Assembly (NCBI GenBank): GCA_964016885.1
Contig: OZ024742.1
Coordinates: forward strand, 323,020,001-323,084,000
Direction of reading: 5' to 3'
DNA: 64,000 nucleotides
DNA from: Eledone cirrhosa
Lineage: Eukaryota
Part shown: piece by piece, positions 1 to 33,722 of the stretch
How the letters are laid out: the number at the start of each line of letters is the position of its first letter
How positions within the stretch are numbered: position 1 is the stretch's first letter
Translations under genes and position numbers: made by a program
The notes under the pieces: generated by a model
Databases searched by the model: none
What the model saw: only the letters and a program-made list of their open reading frames with translations
What the model was told of the DNA's origin: nothing

Positions 1-779
1 TGAATCTCTAACAGTTATGTAAATTGCTATTATGTATTTTTAAGCTTTCTCACACGCACCCTCTGTATTTTATGTAAATTTTTTCATGTCTCAATCTTAA
101 GGTATATAAATATTGAGTTTTGTCATATCTTATTCACTACCATGTCTGAATCTTAACCATCTACTAAGTCAGGGTATGTCATGCATCATCTTATTTTATC
201 TGATGAGGACGTACTGTTGAAGATAGCTCAGTACCTCTGAAATATGTATAATAAAATATACTTGATCACACGAATGTCTATTTTTGTTAATATTTTGAAT
301 TAATATTAATAACTCCGGAAAACCAATCTTGTTGAGTGCTTGCAATCTATTGTAAAACTCATTCTTTGATTTATTCATTGAACCTTGTTTAACCTTTAAT
401 ATATATATATGTCAATCTCTCAGCCTACCGATTTCTATCTACCTTTGTCTTTCAGTTCTTGTTTTTCAGTTTGTTCTGTTGCATAACGACTGAAGTTGAT
501 ATTTAAATTGTCGGAATACGTGCTGTTTCTATTCCGCCCACCACCTCTACTGTCTCATTATTCCACTCTCCCATCCTCTGGCTATTGTCTGATCAACAGC
601 CACTTTAAACACTGACTAAACAACAATGAAATCACGAACATAGCCATCAACTTTCATAACGCCATTACCACCATCGCCATCACAACTACCAACGACAACA
701 ACCTTCATGTCAAGATATCCCTAGCCCTAGAGTCTCTACGTAGTCGCTGAAATCACGCACAAGCATCTTCCTAGGAGCA

Positions 780-990
780 TCCAACAATTGTGTGTTTAAC
801 TCATAATTTGCTAAGGCGGTGTAATGAGTCGTAGTTACAGCTCACATCTATGAATGTTTTAGCTGGCTTTCTACGATGAGGTTTCTTTGGTATTTTAATA
901 CTAGGGGCACTAGTTCTACCATGCATCTTTCTCAACAACACAACCTGCAGAAATCGAACCCACAACCTATCCACTAGACCACGTGCTTTC
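780..990 (-). mobile_element. Degraded tRNA-derived SINE
   Basis: Minus strand reads GTGGTCTAGTGGATAGGTTGTGGGTTCGATTT (A-box/B-box-like head), followed by a degenerate body; boundaries approximate. Confidence 0.4.
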
Positions 991-1430
991 ACGGTGCAAT
1001 GAGAAAAGAACGAAAGAGGCGGGGAGACCTGTTTAGAGACTCTAGTTTAATGGGGCCCTGAATCATGTCATATCATAGCTACGGTAACTCCCAGATCAGC
1101 AAATAATCACGCCTGACTATTAATTATTATACTTCTTATTGTATAACTTTGCAACACACACGTCAAATTATGTGCTTTATTATACCACTTATATACTGTA
1201 ATGTAGTGATAAGCTTTATAATCTCTAACGTGGAAATTCCGTTTCACTCACTAATTCAGAATTAGTGGCCATGCGTGGAAAACATGGTACATGAAAATAT
1301 TTAATACAATTTTTTGTTAGTGATTTTATTTTAAAAAATGCCAAACCTTTCACAAAATACTTACAAAAGAAGAAATAAAAATGTTCCTTAAAACTTTTTC
1401 TTTTCCCTTATACAAAGTATTTATCTAGTG

Positions 1431-1597
1431 CAGTGGTTCCCAAAGTGGGTTCTGCAAAGGAGTGTCTGGGGTTCCGTGAAAAAAGGTAGAGGACTATATT
1501 TATATTACGACCATATAACAGTATTAGACTTTGGAGTTCCCCCAAAAGTTTCAAAACCAAAAAGGGTTCCGCGTTTAAAAAAGTTTGGGAAACCCTG
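1431..1597. mobile_element. hAT-type MITE
   Basis: TIRs CAGTGGTTCCCAAA / TTTGGGAAACCCTG; imperfect 8-bp TSD ATCTAGTG / ATCCAGTT. Confidence 0.75.
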
Positions 1598-2459
1598 ATC
1601 CAGTTGATATGATTTGTAAAAGAAACAAATGAATAGGGATGTATCAGAGAGAAAAATACAAGATGATGTGTCTATCCCTTGTGGCAAATAAAGAAATATA
1701 TCTAAATTACACTTGACAACAAGTTTCATTTTTTTAGCAAGCCAACACACTCACGGCATTTCCACAGGTAATTGACTATCAGCTCCAAAAAAGCAATGCG
1801 TGTATTACTTTGATCTCTGAGTTTACTGATATTGCCTGTCATTAAAGACTCTTAGCTCTGACCATTTGATTAAAATGGTAGCAATATGTATTTTAACAGT
1901 GCCATCAAAGACTCGAAACAGGCTTCTTTAAGAATGCGTCTAAACACTTTGTTCTTTTTCTACATAAAATAATTCGTAAAATACAAATATAAAAAAAAAT
2001 TAAAATTTGCTGCATGAAAATTCATGTAGGCGTACGCTCTCAAAAAGATTCGTCACTTGTGGCCCAATGTTCTAATATAAAGTCTACAGATTAATTGAAT
2101 TAGCATGTATCTATCAAGTACGCATTTAAACTTTTTTGGTTGTTGATTTTTTAACTGAAAACAAATATGTGAACCTAGAACTGCCAACTTCTTAAAGACA
2201 GCTATGTTCGTTTATGTTAATAAGTTTCACATTTTGAACACACCGATAATCATATAATACAGAGGCATACAACACTGATCGTCTACCGAACAGTAGCTGG
2301 GAAATTCTGTTGAATCGGTGCTCTTGTGTAGCAAAGAGACTTGGACGCTCACGATTAATGTATTTTTGTATCTAAGAGATGGAAATAAGAAATACAATAC
2401 AGAGAGAGACATAGAAAACCACCACGGATGTACATGATAGAATGACAAGTCAGCCAATC

Positions 2460-4878
2460 ATATTGATGGCCTCCCCACAGCCCCGGCGGACAGAATGGAG
2501 CAGGCGTTTCCCGGAGGACGGCAAGGGAGACGCGCTGGAAGAACCATTCCAATTCGCGAGGCTCACACCTGCGGCTGGCCAGCTCAGCGCCTATGCTGGT
2601 GAGTAGAGAGGTAGCCCTAGGGTCGAGGACACCAGAAGTCTCCACTGCCAAGGGTACGACCGCAAACCTGTCGGAGAGCGACCGGTATTTGGAGAGTTTG
2701 GCCTCCTCAGCCCGACGTGCAGCAGAACCTGGGTTAGTCGCAGTCTGCACCAGGTTGCGGCTGGAGAAAGTGTTGATGCAAGTGGCATCCCAGACGAGGG
2801 TTTGCCACCGCAGAACGGGAAGATGGTCAAACCATCTGGCCTTTTGCCGTCCCCTCGGTCCATCCCCACCGGCTTGAGCTGGGAAGGGAAGCCTGCAGCG
2901 TCCAAGCCATGCCTTATGGCCTCGTTGAGGGCAGCATGGCGTGGAAGGCGGCCGGCACTGTGGCGACAGGAAAGCGGGTGGAGGCCGAAAGAGTCCACGG
3001 TGGATCTACAGCGACATTGGTGTGGCTCGCAGATGCGGAGGCCAAGTCTCAAGGGAACGCGGATGCGCAGGCTATTGTTATCTAGCTGCGTGCCAGTGGA
3101 GAATGAGAGCAAGGCATGGAGCCAGGCACCACTGTAGGGTTTGGAGGCCGCACGAAAACAGGCAAGGCGGTGCTGGTCGAGCTGGCGCGTGAGCCTGTCT
3201 GAGGCCAGGCTGCACTGGATGGCATCTCAAATGCTTTGGGGAACTTGACATCAGCAGAGGGAGAAGGAGGAGGAACGTCTACTGGGCTCAGTCCCACGTC
3301 TCATAGGCGGCCTCACGTTCCCTGATCACAAAGGGTTCTATTGTTTTGGAGAACCCTGCTGACGAGGACGCAGTATGAGGTTACCGACGAAAGAAACGCC
3401 GGCAAAGCCAGGGAGATCGGGGACCGGAGGCCAATGCCGCCATATCTGACATGTAAAGTGACCTGTTTCCAACCTGACGTTGTATATCTCTTCGGCTGCT
3501 GCTCGGATACAAGTATCGAGGTCAGCGAGGAGAGATGTGTGGGTGTAGCACGGAGTGCTGCGAAGAGTATACAGGAGCTTCGGCATGGCGAAGCAGTTCC
3601 TCAACAAAAAGAGAGCTGAGTGGCCGTCGATCAAGCCCAGTCAGCTCATGAGGGTCTGGAGTTGTTGGAGCCTGGACCTGATGGTGGAACGGATGGCCGG
3701 CGGGTGGATCGGTGACCCGTGGATGAGAGCATCCTCTTTGAGTGTCACCTGTACCTGGTGGAGAATGGACCGCACGTCCGAGACGGAGGCTGCAAAGCTC
3801 TCAGCATCGTGGCTGACATTAACCACCTCCGACTTGGACGAGTTGACCTGGAGGACGATTCCCGCCAGGGCAGGAACCACCGATAGTAGGTCATGGCAGA
3901 CAGTCTCTACGGGCCCACCCAACGTAGCATCATCCAGATACCAAACGCTGAGAAGGGCCGTGATACTCCGGGCAATGTGGTCTATACCAAGGGGAAACAG
4001 GAGGGGGAACAAAGTATCGCCCTGTTGGACCCCAGTGGCCGAAGGTATGACCGTATCAGCAGCAAGGAACATGCTCGGGGCTCCATACAACAGGTAGGCC
4101 AGCGGGTAGACAGAGGGGCCTCGGCTGAGGCAGGCATAGAGCAGATGGTCCCGGCGTATGCAGTTAAAGGCATTCCTCATGTCAAGCTTGACAATGAGTA
4201 GCCTGGAGTCCTTGGATGCCGGTTCCGGTGGGCAGCTGTTGAAGAACTGCCTCGTTGCATGTGCGGACCCCTCACAGCCACCGGACTGAACTCCCAACTC
4301 AGTTCAGGTGTTATGGACGTGCAGACTACCTTGGCAGCCAACCTCCGGAAGACATTGCCCACAGCGATGGGGCGTATGCCACCCCCTTTCTCCCTGAGAG
4401 CGGTCAGGCTAGCCGAAAAAGAATCCTCGGGCGTGAGGGTCCAGGGCGCCATGGATAAGCCTATTGGTGAGTGCCACAATTGCACTCAGAAGGCGGCGCC
4501 CGGCCTCAGCGGAGAGGGGGGATAGCAACTCCCTGACGTGGCCAGATCGAAGACCATCAGCACCTCCGCTGCTGCTAGCTGGGAAGGACTTGAAGGCGGA
4601 CATGATGTCTGCGTCGGAAGCCACAAGGAACAAGTGGGGGTATGGGTCTGAGGTTAGTGGGTGGCTCAGGGTGCTTGAGTCGTAGGGCAGCCAGGACCTC
4701 CTCGGTGGGTTGGAGGACAGTGTCCTCTGAGGCAACCACTCTGACTGCGGCCGAGACATCACCCATGATTAATTTTGCGTTTACGCGGTCACGCAAATGC
4801 TTGGCGCTGGCCTCAGGGGTAGAGGATTGGGAGCACCCGAGAACGGAGTGTGTGGCGTCCTTAGGCACGCTTGGAATG
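2460..4878 (-). mobile_element. CRE/SLACS-clade non-LTR retrotransposon (RT + restriction-like endonuclease), 5'-truncated and frameshifted
   Basis: Overlapping minus-strand ORFs carry LREKGGGIRPIAVGNVFRRL, KLDMRNAFN, GVQQGDTLFPLLF, WYLDD, zinc knuckle CEPHQCRC..HPLSC..RH, KRPDG, PLAVETSG and EWFFQRVSLAVLR; GC-rich island in AT-rich DNA. Confidence 0.9.
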
Positions 4879-4899
4879 GAAACATCTCAAAAATAAGTA

Positions 4900-5160
4900 A
4901 GAGAATGAGAGAATGTCAATTCCATCCAGCAGAACATTGTGCACAACATCCAGAATAGGAAGCTTCGAAGTTGGTCCAGTGAGATCCACGGATGAAGTGG
5001 GGGATGTCAGGACACATGCATTGACAACCTAAATCAGAATACTGGCCTAGAATATATCCAGGAACTGATAATGGCAACGATGAATAGAGAAGTGTGGAAA
5101 AGATACTTTGTTGCCTTAGCCATTGCACATGGCGAGAACCTGGCTTAACTAACTTACATT
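4900..5160 (+). mobile_element. 3' remnant of an RTE-like LINE
   Basis: Degenerate C-terminus (IDNLNQNTGLEYIQELIMATMNREVWKRY) followed by a short (TAAC)n tail. Confidence 0.45.
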
Positions 5161-6410
5161 TAATATGTCGATATTTATGATTACATCGGTTTTTATGCTT
5201 CGTAACTTGATTTGACAAATAGAGAGCAATGATGTAAGTACCTGATTGAAAATTTACTGGCGTCAGTTAAAATCGGGATGAAAAACAAAACCTGTCAAAG
5301 GGCGGAGGAACTCAGTCAACGGCCATCCTACAATTTTTTTTTTTTTTTTTTGTGGAGCGAGAGACTCCTAGTTTTCGTTAAGACATCTCTCTAGGAGGTC
5401 ACTCTAATATAAAACCTGCTACTTCATTTGCATCTCTTTTGGGGCAAATGTATTCGATGTTCAGAGAGAGGGATTGGCCCCGTGCAAAGCCTTTCCTCAC
5501 TTAAAAAAGCTTCAAGCACGGACATCGCTTGATATGTGACATTTTTTGCGGTGCGTGGTATTGCCGACCACAGGCAAGTCCCTAGCAGGACTAAAAAGCC
5601 ACATTTGTGATGCTCATGCTTAAGTATCAAGCGATGGCATTACTCGAAATCGAGTTGCAGCCATCATCATGTATGCGTGTGTTTGTGTATGTGCTAGCTT
5701 ATGTGTATGATACGCGTGAGATAATTAGAAATAGGGTTTGAAGCAATACCTTGTAAAAGTGATGGTAAAGTAGTGTCTCAAAGATTTCCATGAATTTGAT
5801 TCTCAACTATTAGCTGTTCTTAACCAATCAACTTGATACTTTAAAAACAATTACAAACGTTAATTACTCGGAAAGTCTATCGGTGTGAAAAAATATGATA
5901 ATGTCAACATTAACATGATCCTCCAAACACATTTTTCTTTTTCTCTTCGCACTTTCCTTTTAATTTCCTATTTTCCTTCGTTACACTCTTATTGCCTGGC
6001 TTTCCCTCTCTACTCGTATTTCTATCCCTCCCCCCTTTACTACGTTTGTTCTTTTATACGCCTCACACTACCTTTGTCCTTCCATACTCCCCTTGCTCCG
6101 TCATTCCTTTGCCCATTCCTCTTTCCTAAAGAGTCATTTATGCAGGGGAGGTTAGGCTGATATCTTAAATTTATAGTAACAACCTTGCCATTGTCATCAT
6201 GGTTACCTGTGTACAATTCCTCTGTGTCTCTGTACATTCTCTCATACGCTACACAACTATCAGCTTGGACTCTCTTTTTAACTGACGCTACCAAACAGTC
6301 ACTGCATATTACATTATCAATAATGGTGTATATATATAAATAATTGGTCCAGGCGAGAGCTTGCCCTCACTAAATAATATTTATTTCCAATATACATTTT
6401 TTTTTTTTAA

Positions 6411-28241
<21,831 letters not shown>

Positions 28242-28243
<2 letters not shown>

Positions 28244-28247
28244 TAAA
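28242..28247 (+). terminator. Candidate polyadenylation signal overlapping the stop codon
   Basis: TAATAAA: AATAAA begins inside the TAA stop. Confidence 0.4.
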
Positions 28248-28562
28248 GGCTTTGTTAGGGAGACAACATATCACATACATATATATGTATGTCAGTCTAT
28301 AAATATACACAACTGCCTTCAGATATGCACATATACCTACTCACACATACACGTCTATAAACACACACACATACATATATATATATGCACTGGCATAGCT
28401 GTCTGGTTTAGCAGTTCACTTAGCAACCATGTAATTTCAGGTTCAGTCCCACTGCATGGCATCTTGGATAAGTGTTTTCTTCTATAGTTTTAGGTTGACC
28501 AATGATATGTGAGTGAAATTTTGTAGACTAAAACTATGCAGAAGCCCCTCTTGTATATATAT

Positions 28563-28649
28563 ATAGGAAAAGTTCAAGACGCCGACGGCAGAGCTCACGC
28601 CGTTTCGACGGCGTGAGCTCTGCCGTCGGGATCTTGAACATTTTCCTAT
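28563..28649. repeat. GC-rich hairpin with 22-bp perfect core and TTCG loop
   Basis: CCGACGGCAGAGCTCACGCCGT-TTCG-ACGGCGTGAGCTCTGCCGTCGG plus an imperfect outer stem. Confidence 0.95.
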
Positions 28650-28907
28650 TACCCACTTTACTACCCTAATTATTGAGTACTCTGGTGCATATGGTTCCTT
28701 ACCACACTTCCTTCGTTATATATATATATATATATATACACACAGTTCAATAGTAACCAATCTTAAAGAGAGTGATAGGAGAAGAGAAGAGAGATTGGTG
28801 AATTAGTTAGAAGCCAAAGCGTAAAGGCATGTGCTCAATGTGCAATATGCAGTGGAAGGCAGCTAGGTGGCTGGGTTCATGCAGAGGTTAGGTGCACAGA
28901 GCTGGAA

Positions 28908-30128
28908 ATATTCATTAGTTAAGCAAAACAAGGCCACAAGGAAGACATTATTTAAAGATTGTCAACATAGTTGTAGTTTAATGTAAGGAATGTAAATAAT
29001 AATAATAATAATAATACTAATAATGTCCGTTTCGCTACTCCATATAATGTTTCTGGATCAAATGATTATAGAACATTATTGATCTGGTTCAGTTGAAGAT
29101 AATTAACTTAGGTAAAATTGGAGCAGTTCATCAGAACTTCAAAAGGAATATAAAGTAAGGTAAAGAAAGATGGTTACATGAATGTAATGTTCCATATATT
29201 GGTATTTCACTATGGTGGCCTGGGTATATCTATTGTCTGCCATAGGCGAGCAATATTCTTTTGTCGAGGCTGCATTATGTGAGATCTGCCTATGGGTAAC
29301 AAGATGGCCGTTAAAGGACATATTTATCTTACTAATTAGAGGGTGGTTTCAGGGGAAGTAACTCCTCTAGAAATTAGAAATTGTAGGTGGTTTATAGTTA
29401 AGAAGTGCTAATGAGTTTAAGTGAGAGACAATGTATGGGAGGTATATATATATATATATATAATTATCTAAGTTAGCTATAACTATTTAACATCTAATCT
29501 CACTTTTTCTTATAGCTAACTTAGATAATTATAAGTTACCTCCCTTACATTGTCTCTTAACTATAAACCACCTACAATTTCTAATTTCTCGAGGAGTTAC
29601 TTCCCCTGAAACCACACTAATTAGTAAGATAAATATGTCCTTGGGCGGCCATCTTGTTACCCATAGGCAGATCTCACATAATTGTTTCTACTTTAGGCAC
29701 AAGGCCAGCAATTACCCAGTGCATTACTGGTACTTTATTTTATCGTCTCACATAATGCAGCCTCGACAGAAGAATATTGCTCGCCTATGGCAGACAATAG
29801 ATATACCCAGGACATCATAGTGAAATACCAATATATGGAACATTACATTCATGTAACCATTTTTCTTTACCTTAATTTATATTCCTTTTGAAGTTCCGAT
29901 GAACTGCTCCAATTTTACCTAAGTTAATTATCTTCAACTGAACCAGATCAATAATGATCTATAATCATTTGATCCAGAAACATTATATGGAGTAGCGAAA
30001 CAATTGTAAACGGACATTATTAGTATTATTATTATTATTATTCTTTACATTCCTTACATTAAACTACAACTATGTTGACAATCTTCCTTGTGAAATTTGT
30101 GGCCTTGTTTTGCTTAACTAATGAATAT
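28908..30128. repeat. About 1.2-kb long inverted repeat (fold-back), arms about 575-620 bp, 27-nt loop
   Basis: ATATTCATTAGTTAAGCAAAACAAGGCCACAA... mirrored by ...TTGTGGCCTTGTTTTGCTTAACTAATGAATAT; loop 29483-29509. Confidence 0.95.
29683..29745 (-). mobile_element. 5'-truncated SINE 3' end with 11-bp TSD
   Basis: TCTCACATAAT at 29672-29682 and 29746-29756; the insert is absent from the opposite arm of the inverted repeat. Confidence 0.88.
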
Positions 30129-30345
30129 ATATATGTGTATTTATGTTTAATTTAGTTGTTCAATGGAAAGGGATTGATAAAATAAGTATCAGCTAGAAAA
30201 AATGATTGACTAAATCTCTTCAAGGTCAAAAAATGATTTACTAAATTTCAGCATGGCCATAGTCTAATGACTGAAACAAGTAAAAGAATACGCATTCATC
30301 ATGATCATTTTACATACGTCTGCTTTCCATTGTAGCATGAGGTCA

Positions 30346-30795
30346 TCATGGTCCATAACAAAATTAGTCAGATACCATGCCCTGCTTCATTTCTCTCCAG
30401 CTGTCACATATCCTCTGCAGTTGCTGCCCATGTCTCACTACCATGCATCTCACACAGGCCTTTCGTACACAGGGAGAAACCCTTCTTTGTCAGCAGAGGA
30501 AGCAGCTCCCTAAACTTCTTCCAACCCGTCCTTATTCTAGATACTATGGCCTTGGAACACCCCCCTCCCATGCTAATCTGATCACCTAGGTACCGGAAGC
30601 TATCAACCACTTCTATAGAACCTACCTGCATTTGAAAAATGTGTCTATCACTGCGACTTCTACTATCAAATTTCCCTGTACATCTACTGCATACGTATTT
30701 TCCCTTACCTGTTAGTTTGCCTGCCATCCCACTACATCTCTTGTGTACCCAAGATCTGCATTGTGTACATTTTATAGAATTTATGGCAGTTCCTT
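30346..30795 (-). mobile_element. RTE LINE internal fragment (an older one lies at about 31140-31740)
   Basis: VVDSFRYLGDQISMGGGCSKAIVSRIRTGWKKFRELLPLL. Confidence 0.85.
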
Positions 30796-31722
30796 TTTTA
30801 TATATATATTATTTTTATCATTATGATAGTTGTGAAACTATACCAGTGGCTTGAGGGACACGAGTTTCATGCTTAAGGGCATGTGGCTTAGTTTTTAGGG
30901 TGTTGGACTCACTATCATAAAATTCTGGGTTCGATTCCTGGACCAGGTGGCATATTGTTTTTGATGCCTCATTTGACATTGATTTTCATGTTAATTCTGG
31001 GCCCCTTATTAAAACACAGAAGAAACCTCCAATGATATGCATTCACAGACAAGGTTATATAGCACTGTATAGGTGTGAGCTGTATATTTAAATTTTTTTC
31101 AGGAGTTAATATAGTGGCATCCACCTGTCTTCCACAAAAGAGAACATAATCTAATCTATATATACATCCATTTCTCCATTCATTTAGACAGATCTTCTTC
31201 AGCACAGCTTTTTTTTTTATTGTAGTCTTTTATCTCTTTTGTGTGGTTCACTCTCTTGCATGTCACATATAATCATTTGGCACTTCTTAATGCAACTGTC
31301 ATCCACAATTTGCATCATATGCCCATAACATGTCTTCTCTCTTGCGCATTACATCTTATTCCTCTTAAATCTAGTTTCTCTCTCAACTCATTTGTTCTAT
31401 GCCATTCATGTACACTTACATTACACATCCAACAGAGCATGCCTCATTTCTTTCCAACTTTTGTACATACTCTGTATTCAATACCCATGCCTTGCTACTG
31501 TATAATATTGCAATTCATTCAATGGTAATTGTTCCATGAACTTTTTCCATACCATCTGGTTGCTGTGTATTTGAAACAAATCTTCCTTTAATGCAAATTA
31601 GGTTACCTAGATAACAGAAGCTATTAATTATGCCAACCTGCCTGTGATCCCACTGCATTTCATATACACCCTTAGTTCTGCATATCAAGTATAGCTACTT
31701 TCCAGATGGCAGTAGGGTCCTG

Positions 31723-31962
31723 TATTTTTTTTACTGCTGACTAAACATTTTAAAGCATTGTATAAATGGATACACACACAATCATCATCATTTCATTTTA
31801 CGTCCACTTTTCCCTGCTTGCAAGGGTGGGACGGGAACTGATTCTGGCTCCCGTCCCACCCTTGCAAGCAGGGAAAAGTGGACGTAAAATGAAATGATGA
31901 TGATTGTGTGTGTATCCATTTATACAATGCTTTAAAATGTTTAGTCAGCAGTAAAAAAAATA
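31723..31962. repeat. Perfect 114-bp-arm inverted repeat with 12-nt loop
   Basis: Arms 31723-31836 and 31849-31962 are reverse complements by eye. Confidence 0.95.
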
Positions 31963-32976
31963 TATGTATATATATTTGTATCTGTGATGATATATATTTC
32001 TGCATATAAATACATATAGAAGCCAATCTGAATATAAGCTAGACCCCTCCCCCCATTTTATGTTCAAGAAAGGGGAAAAAGTCCAAACCACGTTTATAAG
32101 CCAAAGTAGCTTATCAACACATTATCAACACATTATATATATATATATATAGTCCTACACGGGTGTTAAAATTTATTTTTGTGTATTTCTGAAGTGAATA
32201 ATGGGTAACATGCCAATCTCTTACACTGATTGACCATTAATTCAGAATCCCTCACAGTAATTTATGAATTACTTCCCTTGTAAGCAAAAGCTCGTGGCAT
32301 CTTGGTGAGGGAATTAGAATTACGACCATATGGTTGTGTATTCGATTCCCAGACCAGATGACATATTGTGTCCTTAAGCAAGGCACTTAATTTCAAGCTG
32401 CTCTTGTTCATTCCTCAGCTAGAGTTTAGCCTTGCGAAGGACAGGAGTACCGTCCAGAGAAGGGGGAGGGAGTCTTGTACTCTCTGTTGCTTAATGCTCA
32501 TGAAACTGAAATAAGCTCTAGGATAGTGCAGGCATGAAAAAAATGTATGTAAAAACAGTAACTAACATTTCCTTGAATAGGATTGAGGGCCCCTATCCTT
32601 AAAACAATCAAGACTTATGAAATATAAGCTCATAGGGGCTGACTAAACCTACATGAGCTGTAATGACAAAAAATATTCACAGGTTGTTAACCATCTATGA
32701 ATCATTCACCACTGTTCATAAATATTAAAACAATTCATGGATTAAAATAATCCACATCTTTTTAAAAGCTATAAGGGATTGTTCATATTTATTTTTTTAC
32801 CAAATAATAAAGGTAGATATAATAATTCTAATTATGATTCTTTCCAAGCCTGTGTTAGGTTTTATGGCCCCATCAACAATACATATTCCACTGTCATGTC
32901 ATCTTCCCTTTTGCTGAAACCTTGCTTCATCCACAGGCCTGGCCTGTGTCATCAGCAGGCTCTTCCAGTCTAACTG

Positions 32977-33215
32977 ATGGACTGTACATGTAATTCAAAG
33001 AGCTAGCTTTGTCACACTGAATCTCCGAGAATTACCTTATGGATACACATGTCTGTGGAATACTCAGCTACTTATACTACAATACAAAATGGACTGTACC
33101 TGTAATTCAAAGGGCCAGCCTTGCCAACCACTGGTCATGCTGAATCTCCTTGAGAGGTATATGTGTCTGAATATTCAGCCACTTATTACGATACAATATG
33201 GACTGTACCTGAAAT
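32977..33215 (+). repeat. About 110-bp degenerate tandem repeat (2.2 units), SINE-body derived
   Basis: ATGGACTGTAC.TGTAATTCAAAG recurs; related sequence on the minus strand at 45490-45630. Confidence 0.7.
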
Positions 33216-33303
33216 TGCACTGAAACATTTGTTATTCCAATGCCCTTTGCTGCAGATAATAATAACACACAAACACCTCAATGAAGAGATTTTGTTTATA
33301 AAA

Positions 33304-33309
33304 TTTATT
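33304..33309 (-). terminator. Candidate polyA signal of RWDD2
   Basis: AATAAA on the minus strand about 415 nt past the stop. Confidence 0.35.
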
Positions 33310-33722
33310 TTATCAAGAATAGATTTTGAAATATAAAAGGTAAGGAGCCAATTGTCAGATCAAACCAAGAAAATTATGTTTCCATTGGTCTTCACATGGC
33401 TGAATTTGAACTCAGAATGCATAGAGCCAGATCAGATACTGCAAAGCATCCTGCCTGACTCTTAACCAATTCACTGTCCCCTTGGACTGGTACTTTGTTC
33501 ATCAACCATGAAAGGCAAGGTTGACCTCAGCAGGATTTCAGACTCAGAAAGCATTTACTCTAACAATCTGCCACCTATATTTTAAAATAATTATTTAAAT
33601 GTCAAAATAAATAAGAAAAGCCATGATTCTTGTTAATCAATTTGAAGACCGGACTGGAAGTACTGTGATAGCCATACGGAAGCAAATTTTGAAACATACT
33701 CTTCTGAACAGTAGCAGTATAT

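Noticed and set aside
5424-5630. 68-aa minus-strand ORF
   Set aside because: TTG start, no recognisable motif and no convincing splice signals.
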